From NCBI RefSeq assembly GCF_964194025.1, contig NC_134469.1, positions 51,460,001 through 51,524,000 on the forward strand: a stretch of 64,000 nucleotides of DNA, written 5' to 3'. A program made the translations under genes and the position numbers. Each line of letters begins with the position of its first letter. Position 1 is the first letter of the stretch. Of the stretch, positions 26,101-38,513 are shown one piece after another. This DNA is from Convolutriloba macropyga. Lineage: Eukaryota. Below the pieces are notes generated by a model. That model worked only from the letters and a program-made list of their open reading frames with translations. It had not been told where the DNA came from and searched no databases.

Positions 26101-29100
26101 CTGTCTGGTACCTTCCCCATCACCCAGTGATCAACAAACAGAAACCAGACAAAATCCGCAGAGTCACAAACGCTGCTTCCAAATATAAGGGACTCTCACT
26201 CAATGATGCATTGCTGACAGGGCCGGATCTACTCTGCAACCTGCATGGCCTTCTTCTCCGCTTCAGACAGTACTCAGTGGCAATCACAGCGGACATCGAG
26301 GCAATGTTCATGCAGATTGGCATCCAACCAAAAGACCAAGACTATCTCCGTTTTCTCTGGACAGAGGATGGCAATGAAAAGATCTTCAAATACAATCGAC
26401 TCATTTTTGAAGCCACATGCTCACCTTCTTGTGCGATATTTGTTCTGCAGAAGTGTGCAAATGACCACAAACAAGAACATCCAGAGGCCTACACATCAAT
26501 CATGCAGCAGTTCTACATGGATGATTTCATGCAGACCTACCCTTCTGAAGAGGAGGCCCGCAGAAGTGCAGAGGAGATCAAAACTGTTTTACATACAGGA
26601 GGATTCAATCTGACGAAGTTCTTGAGCAACAGACCAGCCGCATTAGAAAACCTACTGGAAGAAGACAAGGCGGAAATGAAAGCCCAAAGAATCCTTGGTC
26701 AGACGTGGGACCCCAAAACTGACAAGTTGATGTTTGCAAAACCGAAGTTTCTCTACACAGGACAACAGATGACCCAAAGAAAGGTTCTCTCAATGGCAGC
26801 TTCTCTGTTCGATCCAATCGGACTGATATCACCCTTTGCCATCAGAATTAGATGCAGCCTCCAAAGAATCATTAAAGAGGGAAGAAACTGGGATCAACCT
26901 GTGTCAGAATGCTACCATCAGGAACTACAGGAGTGGATGGATGAGTTCGACAACATGACTCCAATTGAAATTCCCAGATGCTTGATTCCCAACACCAATG
27001 GAACCCATTAACTTCACACGTTCACTGATGCCTCAATGAGTGCAATTGCTGCCATAGTTTATGTGAGGACAACGAACGCCGATGGATCTTCCACATCCCG
27101 CTTGGCTCTGCTTGGCTGGACACTGACAGGGCCCATTCCTCAGAGGTACACACAGAAGAGGGTCGGACAGTCAAACAGAACAAACATAACACTTTTCAAT
27201 CATATCAAGAGACGGCAAGACGATCCAGATGAAGATCTTCTCCAGCTCTTCTGGACAATTGAAGGAGTGAACTTCAATCAGTGTTCTGCAAAGGGACAGT
27301 CTTCAGATGACAAGGAGGCGGTTTCCATCCTCAATGATACCATAGGACACATTGGTGACAGATACCAGATTGGACTTCCATGGAAGAAAGACATCACACT
27401 ACCTAACAACTACTTCATGGCCAAAGTTCAGTGGCAAGCTCTGCAGCAGAGGTTGGAGAGGGACACAAACTTGAGAGACCGCTATGAGGAAACAATCAAA
27501 AAAGATTTGGATAAAAACTACATCACAACTGCAGACCCCAGTTGCAGACACTCTGTCTGGTACCTTCCCCATCACCCAGTGATCAACAAACAGAAACCAG
27601 ACAAAATCCGCAGAGTCACAAACGCTGCTTCCAAATATAAGGGACTCTCACTCAATGATGCATTGCTGACAGGGCCGGATCTACTCTGCAACCTGCATGG
27701 CCTTCTTCTCCGCTTCAGACAGTACTCAGTGGCAATCACAGCGGACATCGAGGCAATGTTCATGCAGATTGGCATCCAACCAAAAGACCAAGACTATCTC
27801 CGTTTTCTCTGGACAGAGGATGGCAATGAAAAGATCTTCAAATACAATCGACTCATTTTTGGAGCCACATGCTCACCTTCTTGTGCGATATTTGTTCTGC
27901 AGAAGTGTGCAAATGACCACAAACAAGAACATCCAGAGGCCTACACATCAATCATGCAGCAGTTCTACATGGATGATTTCATGCAGACCTACCCTTCTGA
28001 AGAGGAGGCCCGCAGAAGTGCAGAGGAGATCAAAACTGTTTTACATACAGGAGGATTCAATCTGACGAAGTTCTTGAGCAACAGACCAGCCGCATTAGAA
28101 AACCTACTGGAAGAAGACAAGGCGGAAATGAAAGCCCAAAGAATCCTTGGTCAGACGTGGGACCCCAAAACTGACAAGTTGATGTTTGCAAAACCGAAGT
28201 TTCTCTACACAGGACAACAGATGACCCAAAGAAAGGTTCTCTCAATGGCGGCTTCTCTGTTCGATCCAATCGGACTGATATCACCCTTTGCCATCAGAAT
28301 TAGATGCAGCCTCCAAAGAATCATTAAAGAGGGAAGAAACTGGGATCAACCTGTGTCAGAATGCTACCATCAGGAACTACAGGAGTGGATGGATGAGTTC
28401 GACAACATGACTCCAATTTAAATTCCCAGATGCTTGATTCCCAACACCAATGGAACCCATCAACTTCACACGTTCACTGATGCCTCAATGAGTGCAATTG
28501 CTGCCATAGTTTATGTGAGGACAACGAACGCCGATGGATCTTCCACATCCCGATATGTGATCAGTAAAACAAAAGTGGCACCGATCAAGCAGTTGAGCAT
28601 TCCAAAACTGGAGTTGGAAGCTGCAACACTTGGAGCAGAGCTAGCTGGGTTCTGTGAGAGCGAGATGACAACTACAATAAGTTCAAAACACTTTTGGACA
28701 GACAGCACCGCAACACTTGGTTGGATCCAATCCAAGCAAAGACAGAAAATGTACATTGCCAACAGATTAACCAAAATTCACGAGAATTCCAACCAAGAGA
28801 ATTGGAGACACATCCCTGGAAAGATGAATCCCGCTGACCATGGAACACGAGGCCTCACCCCATCAGACATACCAAAGCTGTGGCTCCAACCACCGGACTT
28901 TCTGAGCAAACCTCAAGACTCTTGGAATTTTGCCGAGGACAGTGATCCCCACATATGCGCCACACAAGCGACACAACTTCAGACGCCGGTCATTGAGGTT
29001 GACAAATTTTCAACATGGAGTCGACTGCTCAACTCTACTAGAATGGTGTTCCAGGCAATAAGACGCTTCAGGGCAAAAGTTCGAACTAGAAGACAAAACG

Positions 29101-30508
29101 AATCACCTGAGACATCCAACACTAACACTTTTGCATCAGATGAGAACAGGGCAAGGAACTACCTCATCAGAATGTCCCAAAACGAGTTGTTCTCAGGAAC
29201 AATTTCTGCACTGTTGAAGGGAAGCAATCTTGAGAAAGGAGACAAGCTGATGCCCTTCACACCCTTTCTAGATGAAGACGGACTCTTGAGGGTAGGAGGA
29301 AGACTCAACAAGGCACCTCTAACCTACAATGCAAAACATCCGCTTCTTCTCCATAGCAGGAGCAAAATTGCAAGACTGTTGATTGAAAAGGCGCACCATG
29401 ACTGTGGCCATCAGGGTGTGGAACATGTGAAGGCTCACCTGCAACAGACTTTCTTGATGATTGGATTGAGAAAAGTGCTGCGAAGTCTGGGGAAATACTG
29501 TTTCATTTGCAGACGATGGAGGGCAGACAATGTGAGACCCAAGATGGCCGATCTTCTTGAATTCAGATTTCCAGATGCAAACAAGCAGTACCCTTTCATC
29601 AACACAGGAATGGACATGTTTGGACCTTTCTACATTGAGGACAAGAGAGAGGGCACCCAGATGCACTACGTCTGCTTGTTCACATGCCTGGTCACCAGAG
29701 CTGTCCACCTAGAAGTATGCCATGACCTCTCAACTGATTGTCTACTCATGACAATCCGCAGATTTGTCTCGCGACGTGGATACCCTGACCTCATTGTGAG
29801 TGACAATGGCAAAAACTTCATTGGAGCCAACCAAGCAATGAAGTTAAAGTTCCAGAGAAGCTACAAGCCAGATAATGAGTACATCAGACTGCAATTGGCT
29901 CAACAGAACATTCAGTGGACTTTCAACCCTCCATTGGCACCACACTTCGGAGGAGTCTGGGAGAGGCTGATACAGACCGCGAAGAGGAGTCTACTAATAG
30001 TGCTGGGCAGTCGGAAACTAACACTCTCAGTTTTTCAGACAGTTGTGGCAGAGGCCGAGGCAATTTTGAACTCCCGGCCATTAACTCATGTGGGCTGCAG
30101 CATCTCAGATGAGGGACCACTTACTCCGAATCACTTCCTCCTTCGCCGACCTCACATGTGTTTGAAACCTCTTGTGAACAGCAACCAGCGGTTCTCCACT
30201 AAGGACTTCAAGTTGACGCAGACACTACTTGATCACTACTGGAGCAGGTTGCTGAAGGAATATGTTCCTGAGCTCAACAAGAGAACGAAGTGGCAAAGAT
30301 CACATGATGAGCTGGATGAAGGTGACATTGTGTGGGTGCTCAAGGAGGCTGCATCTGGCCTCTTGGGAAGATTGTGAAAGCACGCAGAGGTTCAGACGGG
30401 ATAGCCAGGAGTTTCGACATCCAGACGGCTACAGGAATGGTACAAAGACCAGCAGTAACCCTAAGCCGTGTGTTCCCACAATCGTCAGGTGCGCCGGAGG
30501 GTCACTGA
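23128..30508 (+). pseudogene. BEL 1 Gag-PR-RT-(RT)-RH-IN polyprotein, disrupted
   Basis: Gag (LPKISIDNFTGDPLKW), knuckles, protease LLDSGS, RT, RH and IN. Lesions: frameshift at ~24694, TAA at 27009-27011, TAA at 28419-28421, frameshift at ~30350. After the last lesion IWPLGKIVKARRGSDGIARS...QRPAVTLSRV continues to TGA at 30506-30508. Confidence 0.95.
25654..28552 (+). repeat. 1447-bp tandem duplication of the RT region (25654-27100 and 27106-28552) with 5-bp filler CTTGG
   Basis: Offset is 1452 bp (484 codons); five substitutions seen by eye between the copies. Confidence 0.97.
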
Positions 30509-30523
30509 AACAAGTTCATCGAA

Positions 30524-30562
30524 ACACACACACACACACACACACTCACACACACACACACA
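30524..30562. repeat. (AC)n microsatellite in the BEL 1 3' UTR
   Basis: Directly visible, with one interruption. Confidence 0.97.
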
Positions 30563-30642
30563 AAACTCAATGTCGGAATGAAAACTTTTTGCTTTATTGT
30601 GTTTACATTTTCATATCAAATGCTTGCTGTTGTTGCCGGGAG

Positions 30643-31001
30643 TGTAAAGGAACCAAGTTCCTTTATATTTTATCTCCCCCCACACCCTCATTTTCCTCCC
30701 CCCACCTACACTTTCGTCCTCCAAAACCCTTTCATTTCATGATTTTCATTCCCCCAACCTATTTTCGTTGAAGCTTTTTATATGTTGATTTTATTGAAGA
30801 AGTCAGAAGTGGTTGACGTTCACTTTCAATATTATTTATAGTAAGGGATTTCCCGTTTTTGACCATAACTTGTGTGCCAATGGCGCGAATTATGATGTAT
30901 TTATAGAGCTTGATTTGCTACCATAGTCGCGACTTTCAGAAAAACAAATATTAATGAAAAGTTGTCTTGGTATGCAAGACTTAGGCCGAAGAGCATAAAC
31001 A
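30643..31001 (+). repeat. BEL 1 3' LTR
   Basis: Preceded by GCCGGGAG (PPT-like) and followed by TSD TGTCA. Confidence 0.97.
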
Positions 31002-31674
31002 TGTCATAACTGCCAGTTTTAACGGCTCGCTGACGCACTTAAGTGACCAATTACACAGTGACGTCAAAGATTTGGGGCAACTTAGTTAATCAGAAAATGC
31101 AATAAATAGGGGTTGAACAATTGATTTTTTAACACTTATTTTTTTTTTGCTTCAAAACTAGATGCGCTCAAAAACCTGCTGTAACATTTGGTCCCCAAAA
31201 AAAAAGATTTGTCATTTTCAGAGGAACTGTTAACATTTTCCTTTATTAAATATTGTTCCAAAACCAGCAAAACGTTCTGTGCTTTTTGTGCTTTTACTTT
31301 TGAACTATAGAGAAGCGTTTTGTGGTAAGTATTCGCGTGTATCTTCAGGAAGCGCGTGGAAATCAAAAGTTACCTTTTTCCACTGTCAGCCGATTTTTAA
31401 AATTTTCCACCGATTAAGAGAAAGTTAACAAAGTACAAAAATTTTAACCAAATTTAACCAGGAAAACGAAGATTTAATGAAAATCACTAAAGAAACCCAA
31501 ACTTATCAATTTCTTTTCCGAGTAGTAATCAAAATTTAAAATTTGAAGTCATCGGACATTTCAATTCTTCTGAATAAAAAAATGGCTTTAATAAATTAGC
31601 AAAGGATTACTTTCCCCCAAAATCAATTGCAGGCACTCGTGAAAAATATAGCTGTCCTAACTCTTAAACAAAAC

Positions 31675-31950
31675 ATAAGACGACCAGCGTCGGACAAATT
31701 TCTCTCGAAAGATTGCAGAGGCAAATAATTTAGAAGAGGAAAAGACTAGACATTTTTATAGAGCAAAAACTTCTGAATGGAGAGTGGTTCGAACCCGCGA
31801 CCACTCAGATGTTAGTCGCTGAAATTAATCAGCACTCTGCAGGGCTATGTAGATTACCGCTCACAGTCTGTTTCACTTTAGCAACAGATTTAACTTCTTA
31901 AGTCAAGCAATTCAAATCACACACGAAAAACCAAGAGAAGCGTGAAGTTT
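31675..31950 (-). mobile_element. Degenerate copy of Helentron/DINE-1-like family B with tRNA-like segment (31779-31850)
   Basis: CGAC-CAGC-GTCG hairpin plus AATTTCTCTCGAAAGA resemble 40384-40416; the - strand reads TAGCCCTGCAGAGT...GGTCGCGGGTTCGAACC (A-box- and B-box-like); core 31900-31945 resembles 40605-40660. Confidence 0.55.
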
Positions 31951-32839
31951 CTTGGCTAGCAGTCTGAATTTTGTAATTATCTCCTTCGGAGATGTATATG
32001 AGTGAGAAATTAAACTATCGAATATACCCTAAATTTTTTTTGATTTATAGAACCAGATGCAATAGAAAACAATCAAGTTTAAGACTAAACTAATCATGAA
32101 TCCTATTGTGCTCAATTCCTGAGCATGTCATCAGCCGGTATCAGTTGAAAGTTGTGATAGGAAAACTCATGTCAGTTTTAACGGTTTGCTAACGCATTTA
32201 AGTGACCATCTACGCACAGAATTCAAAGATAAGTGCAACAAAAAAACACAATAAATAGAGCAAGAACAAATGATAGTTTTTGCAATTTAATTTTTTTTTG
32301 CTTCAAAGCTAGATGCACGCAAAAAAACTGCTGTAGCATTTGGGACTCCAAATGAAAATGTCATTTTTGGAGGAACTGTTATGGTTTCCCCTAAGTAAAA
32401 ATTGTTCCAAACTGAGCACAAAGTGAAATTCAATGTTCTGTGCTTTTTTGGCTTCACTTTTTGACAATGAAGAAATGTTTAATACTAAGTATTCGCAGGT
32501 ACCTTTGAGAAGCGCCTTAAAAGCAGAATGGAATAATCACGTTTTTTAATTTGATAGTAAAAAATATTTGAATTAGTAGGCCGATTTCAACAAAGTACAA
32601 ATTGCGGTACTAAACGTATCCAGGAAAGCGCAACTTAGTTGAAGTTCAATGATGGAACTCAAAATACTGAACATTTTTTCCCAGTAATCATCAAATATTT
32701 AAATTCACAATTATCAGATATTTTAGTTTCCGAATAAAAATTATTAGCAAAAAGAATTCCTTTCCCGAAATCTACGGTACGCACTCTTGGAACAATTTGG
32801 CTGGCATATTTCTAATTTAAATGTAGCCGTTTTATTAAG

Positions 32840-33120
32840 ATAAGCTGACTATCGTCGGCCAAAATTCTAGCAAAAGCCTGTCGAGGCAAACAATCCAGAA
32901 AGAGCGTACGTTAGAAATTATTATGGTGCAATGATTTCTGAATGGGGAAGGGTTCGAACCCGCAACTTTTCGGACGAGAGTCGCAAAATTAATCTCTACC
33001 CTACAGGGCTATGTACGGTCATCACTCACTAGCGGCTTACTTCAGCAACCCACCTAAATTCGAATGCAAGCAAATCCAATCACACATAAATTCAAAAAGT
33101 CAAGCGTGAAAAATTTACCC
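32840..33120 (-). mobile_element. Second degenerate family B copy with tRNA-like segment (32944-33013)
   Basis: CTGAC-TATC-GTCGG hairpin; the - strand reads TAGCCCTGTAGGGTAGAG...GTTGCGGGTTCGAACCC. Confidence 0.5.
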
Positions 33121-33660
33121 GCGGAATGCAATCAAATGAATTTTTTAGAAGAAAACCGTCAAGCAGAAGTTTTTCATTAAAAAGACAAAAATAGAACAAA
33201 GTGTGAAAATATTTCAGTCATTGAAACTGCATACTACTTGCCTTAAAAGAGCAAACAAAAGTTCACAAAATAGTTTATCAAAAGAAAAGTTTACAGAAGC
33301 TTATAAACGACATAAAAATAATTAAGTGCCGTTCACGAACTTTTTTTTACCTCTAAAGTGAAGAACTTTTTCACTCCTGTGTCAATGACTTAAAATGTGA
33401 TGACTAAACGAATCAGATGATTTCTGAACTAATTTGATAAAAACCACTCGTAATTTCAATGAAAAAGTATTAATGTAAATAGAAATGGAAGAAACTGAAA
33501 CTTAAATTACATTAAAATCAAATTCCTTTGAACAAAAATTTCAAATGCATTTTGGCAAAATTGAGCAAATTTTTGTACTTAGAATTCAGTCAATCTTAAT
33601 ACTAGCTAGGTCACATCTTGTTTCGGAGGCACAAATTGAAAGTGAACGTCTTTATTGGTG

Positions 33661-33663
<3 letters not shown>

Positions 33664-33708
<45 letters not shown>
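33664..33708. repeat. (TC)n microsatellite
   Basis: Directly visible. Confidence 0.98.
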
Positions 33709-33710
<2 letters not shown>

Positions 33711-33720
33711 AGAATAACCA

Positions 33721-36612
33721 TAATTGTTCCGACCCACTTTAGTGGGGGAGGAACTATATACTCAAATGGTTTTTTGTTGAGACAATTTTGGCCGATCGAT
33801 ATAATCATCGTAGAGAGTTGTGAGTGGTAACATTAAAAATCCCGTCCCACGTAGAATAATAAATAAATAAGATTTTTTCAATTTCCGCTTTTTATACGGA
33901 GTTATCGGGGTTCAAAGTTTTGTGAATATTTGACCTAACTCATCTGTTTTCCTTCACATTTTCGGTATTTTTGACCTAATTTTCGTCAATTTTACTAAAA
34001 TTAGTTCCATTTTTTTGCTGTAGTGTTATTGATTTTATCTCTAAAGATAGAGAAGGGTTGCTGAATTCTTCCATCTGACTGTTTTGACTAGAATTTTTGC
34101 TAAATTTTCCACAATTTGATTTTTTCGGGACCAAATTTGCTTTTTTAGCCCACTTATTTTAAATTCGCTAGAAGTAGATACCTCAAAACAGCGGTCAAAA
34201 TCTTTTTAAGCTGATATACGAGCTAGCTCTACATCCGCTGGCTTTGAGAGTCTTCTGGAATTATTATTCTGCAGATAAAACTCAATTTTGCTATAAAACT
34301 CAAGTTTTTTGCAAATTAAAACGCAATAACTATACAAAATGCATTCTATTTTAGATAACCTGAAAAATTTTGTTGAAAAATTTATCTATTTCGCAACCAT
34401 TTGAGAAAATGAGTATTTTTTACACGTGCAGTAACATCTGGGTTGATCTTGATCTCGCCAGGGATGCTTACGAGAATTTTTTTTTGGACTTTAATGGAGC
34501 ACGACTTTTTTTTTCAAAATAATTCCGCTGTTTAAGGGTTTTTCATGTAAACTTTTTTTACTCAATGAATGACAGATACTGTTCTAAAAAAATGAGGCCC
34601 AACGAGACTATATTACGGTTTCAGAATAAGCTCATGGTTTTTGTGGATCTGACCAACGATTTTCGGAAAATTTTTTTCATGTACTTCTTGAATTTTGCTT
34701 TAATTTGTTATCTTTTGTGTACTTAAACGACTTTAATTTGTTATCTTTTGTGTACTTAAACGACTTAAATTCTTTCAGTTGTTATCTATTGTCTGTTTTG
34801 ACTATAAAAATAATTCTTTTAGGAAATTATCGGTTAATTTTTGAACTTAGCAATTATTTTTTATCATACTTCTCTCAACTTCGGGCGCTGTCTCACAATA
34901 AGCAGAAACGAATTTCCTGCGGATTATAAATTAATGTTCGGAATGGTTCTATGTTCAACTAGCGGTCTCTTTCTTTTTAGACTATGCGTTATCAGGTTTT
35001 TTAATTTTGAGCATAATTGCATATGTTGTGTTCATTTTGTTTACTTGTCAAATGATCATATTATTGACAATTGCAATTGAAGGAAAGAATAGTAGGGAAT
35101 TTTCACAGCTTTGAAAAAAGGGTATCACAGCTTTTTGGGCTTAGGCAAAACTAAAATAGATTTTCAATGTTTTTTGTCGTTGTACGCCATATACCTGATA
35201 ACAATAGTTCTCAATTGCTTCCCCGGGACGTATAACTCAACCTATTTAAAGATTTCAAATTATAGCTGTTTGTTTTAACGACTTTAAAATTGAAATAAGA
35301 AAAAAAAATTTAATTGTATACTTTTTGCTCTCATGTACGTAACCATATAACTCGATCTCACTATTTGCAAATGTCTCATTTTCGTTTGTTGATTAATACA
35401 ATTTTTGAGTTTGGTTATAAGTTGTGACCTATCGCTGCAAACAATAATTTCAATAATTTCACAAAAACTTTTCGAGATTTCTATACTGTTAAATTTTGGG
35501 TTTCTTTTTGTTGTCTTCTCCTCGTAGTCCTTATAAGACGGGCTCATTGCAATGAAAATGAAGATAAGTGACAATTTACAGTTCTTGCAGGCGTCATTTT
35601 ATAACTATAGTGTCTTGAATAGTGTGATCTTTTATAATTGTTTGATGTTTTGGCCTCTTTATATAATTGTTGTTATTTGGTGGGGTCGTAACTTAGTCAG
35701 ATTATTAACAGACCCAATTGATTTCCTGAGAAATTGCAACTTAATCCATTGCCGTTCGTTGAAATTTTAAGTCTGTTATGACTTTTGAAAATATTTGTTT
35801 TCAAAAACATGTTTGGGTTTTTGAGCTTCGTCATTTTTTAAAAAAAAGTTTTTCGGTCAATTTGTAGCTCAGTCTCTGTAAACACAGGTCACAACCCGTT
35901 TCCAGTGAAATAAAGTTTGACCTCTATAACGGTTTTAGCTTCAAACATTTGTTTCTGGGATTTCTTACTGCTGCTACTACGAGATTTCATAAAATATTTT
36001 AGCTTTTTTTCACAATTTTTTTTTTACATTTTATAGGATTTTTTTCTTTTTAATTTATAACAATAATCGTAGGTTCCATTGGCTTTGAAATTTTGCACAA
36101 TTGAACATTGGATAATGATATGTCTTAATTACTTCCTCTGGAGATAAAATTGAACATTTTAGGGATTTCAGATGAAATCTAATGACATTAATAACTGAAA
36201 CCTGGTTTTGAATTTCGCACCTCTTTGCACTTTTTGTCGAACTGTTAACCAGTCGCATTGAGAACAGGTCTCATATTCTTTTTAATGAAGTAAGGTTAAA
36301 TTGTTTTGTTTAGAATTTATCTGATGCGAGTTTGATTTTGTTATGACTTTATTTATTATAGCCATTGAGTTTTGGTCGTAAATAGTGTTTGTTGTATGAT
36401 ATTTATTATTGTCCTTTCTAGTAGTCCTGTTATCAACGACGTTCATCGGCCCTCTTGGGTGGAATTATGGTATTCCATTGATTGTTTATCGGACGATATG
36501 TATGTTGTTGGTTTTCTAACTCTTCATCATTTGGTAGCCAATTAACTCAGAATTGAAGATAAGCGGCGTCGGAACCTTACGTGCGTACGCACATTACCGA
36601 TCCTCCTTGTTT
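33721..36612 (+). mobile_element. Apparently full-length (~2.9 kb) non-autonomous Helentron/DINE-1-like element, family A
   Basis: 5' end TAATTGTTCCGACCCACT-TT-AGTGGGGGAGGAACTAT (subTIR plus adjacent imperfect inverted copy). 3' end GCGGCGTCGGAAC (subTIR complement), hairpin GTGCG-TA-CGCAC and terminal CTCCTTGTTT. Both ends are shared with 58419-61355. Confidence 0.72.
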
Positions 36613-37748
36613 GTTACATACTTGAAAAAATTGTTTAATACAGTGTCTGTATTTGATCATTCAGGAAAAAAAATACGATCCTTGCAAAAAAACTGTTTTC
36701 ATACAAGGCGTCTCGCTCCCGCAGTAGAATTAAGTCAGTTATTTCACCGATAAAATATTGGAACATTTCTCGCCGAATTTGTATTAATTTTTATTGCATG
36801 GTTTTGTCCACCATTCATCGCGTAATCGCAACCGATTTTGATATCAGTACCACCAAAAAAATTCCCGATATATAGTAACATGGAAATTGTTTTTTTTTAA
36901 GTTGATTGCAATCCCTTTTTCAGCTGAAATTTGGACTACGCAAGAGTTTATATAAGCTTGACCCAACAGAAGCCTCATTTAGCTTGATCTTCATGAATCA
37001 TTGCATTTAATTGAAATTCTGGATGCTACCTTTGTGCCTCGTCGAAACTGATGGGTTGCTTGAATTTTCTATCGTGAGAAAACTTTTTGTTAATTTAAAC
37101 AGTTGTTCCAAATCTTTGGAATTCGATTTCAATAATTGAAATTTGGTTGCGAACAAGATTTCTAGTGCAGACAGAATACACAGTCATCGCCTTGGTAGTG
37201 CAAATGCTGTTAGTATTCAATTCTTGGACTTGATTCAACAGTTTCCTTGTTCCTAAGAACACATTGGCTTTTATTGGGTACGATTTCTAAACTCAACTTC
37301 CGATTTTGACTCCTTCAACAGTGAGCGGCGGGCGCCGGCTTACTTTGGACTTCTTTGCTTTGAAATTCCATATCTAGTTCCATTTCAATTTTTATTGGGA
37401 CACAGAATCGCTGCTACTTACAGTAACATACATTGCTATACTAGCTTAAGTGCATCCGGTTCAATGTCATTTTTGACGCTTCCTCAATTTTTCTGCTGAC
37501 ATTTTATTTAATGCAGTCGAATTTTTGCCTGTGTTCCCCTTTGGGGACCAAAATAGGCCACTAAGTTACCAGCGATCACTAAACCGAGTTGATAACCAAC
37601 GCGCAAATGGATAATCCGAGATAATGTACGGAACGAAAAAAGATGAGGCAAGATAGATTAAATTTTAATACTAAATTTTCATAAATCAAGTTGAAGAGAT
37701 AATATCTAGGTATAAAAATACACGCTTCAAAGTTCATGACAGCTCAGT

Positions 37749-38513
37749 TTACAGTGAGAGAAATCCCCCGTCAACTGGTAGGTGGCATCCATGCACCATA
37801 GCCGCCCCTTCGCTCAGGCAAAACAGAACTGGCTTAATAACATCGCTAACCTCCGCGAATTTTCCCAGGGGTATTCGGGCAAGCATCGGCTCACTTTTCA
37901 CAGGATCAGACCATGCCATTTTTCCCATTTGCGTTAAGACAACAGTTGGGTTAATAGAGACTGTTCGGATTCCTTTGGGACCTAGTTCTAAAGACATAAT
38001 TCTTGTCAACATATCAACCGCTGCCTTACTGCAACAATATAAAGTATGGTCTTGTAATGGTTTTTGCGACGCCTGACTAGACATATTGACTATCACTCCT
38101 TTGATATTGTGGCTAACCATTTTCTTTGCTGATAACTGCGCAACATGAAGGTGAGCTTTCACATTCACATTGAAAACGGAATCGTAATCATTTTCTGATA
38201 CCTCCAAAAAGGGTCCCACAATTGAAACCCCCGCATTGTTGATCAAATAATGGAATGGATCCAATCTCTCAAAAGCAGATTCGACCTCTTGCCAATTTGA
38301 GATGTCTAATTGGACAGTTTGGAGTTGTGTGTCTTCGTATTTCTCTCTTAATTTGTCTAAATCGGATTGGGTGCGGGATATTGCAATTACAAAGCAGCTT
38401 TGCTTAATGAGGGCTCCAACTAATCCCTCCCCGATACCTTTGCCCGCTCCCGTGACAACCACTCTCTTCCCACTTAATTCTGGGTAAACTACCTCGTCAA
38501 CGCTGTCTGTCAT
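37749..38513 (-). CDS. DCXR: L-xylulose reductase / dicarbonyl reductase (classical SDR), 254 aa, intronless CDS
   Basis: TGAGKGIG, SRTQSDLD, NNAG, NMSSQAS, YCCSK, ELGP..IR..INPTVVLTQMG..AWSDP.K...ML.RIPLGKFAEV, LPVDGGF. The first ATG is at 38513; the ORF-track start at 38537 is a TTG. Confidence 0.95.
   Translation of the reverse strand: MTDSVDEVVYPELSGKRVVVTGAGKGIGEGLVGALIKQSCFVIAISRTQSDLDKLREKYEDTQLQTVQLDISNWQEVESAFERLDPFHYLINNAGVSIVGPFLEVSENDYDSVFNVNVKAHLHVAQLSAKKMVSHNIKGVIVNMSSQASQKPLQDHTLYCCSKAAVDMLTRIMSLELGPKGIRTVSINPTVVLTQMGKMAWSDPVKSEPMLARIPLGKFAEVSDVIKPVLFCLSEGAAMVHGCHLPVDGGFLSL

Larger units (their letters stand above)
21878..31001 (+). mobile_element. BEL/Pao LTR retrotransposon 1 (young, non-functional copy)
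   Basis: 359-bp TG...CA LTRs differing at 2 positions by eye; TSD TGTCA at 21873-21877 and 31002-31006; BEL motifs YLPHHPV, FYMDD, FTDAS, IPKLEL, NPAD.GTRG, PHFGGVWERL, LTPNHFL. Confidence 0.97.
21700..33120. repeat. Two diverged ~1.15-kb tandem units; the first (~21700-21877 plus 31002-31980) is split by BEL element 1, the second is ~31981-33120
   Basis: ATTGTGCTCAATTCC..AGCATGTCAT at ~21811 and ~32105; CAGTTTTAACGG..CGCA.TTAAGTGACC at ~31014 and ~32173; GCTTCAAA.CTAGATGC at ~31149 and ~32300. Confidence 0.85.

Noticed and set aside
25654-28552. RT duplication as a pure assembly artefact
   Set aside because: Considered less likely because the copies differ at several sites and the junction has a templated filler; not fully excluded without reads.
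31779-33013. Functional tRNA genes at 31779-31850 and 32944-33013 (and 40489-40557)
   Set aside because: B-box-like motifs are present, but I could not pair acceptor and anticodon stems; treated as tRNA-derived repeat cargo.
33611-33830. RE-repeat and SL-repeat ORFs
   Set aside because: Artefacts of the (TC)n microsatellite. The HT-repeat ORF at 30262-30771 is likewise (AC)n plus LTR sequence.
34699-34767. Short perfect direct repeats (here ~33 bp x2; also ~15008-15041, ~21435-21460, ~58889-58910) as regulatory arrays
   Set aside because: Isolated two-copy slippage duplications inside repeats, with no shared motif.
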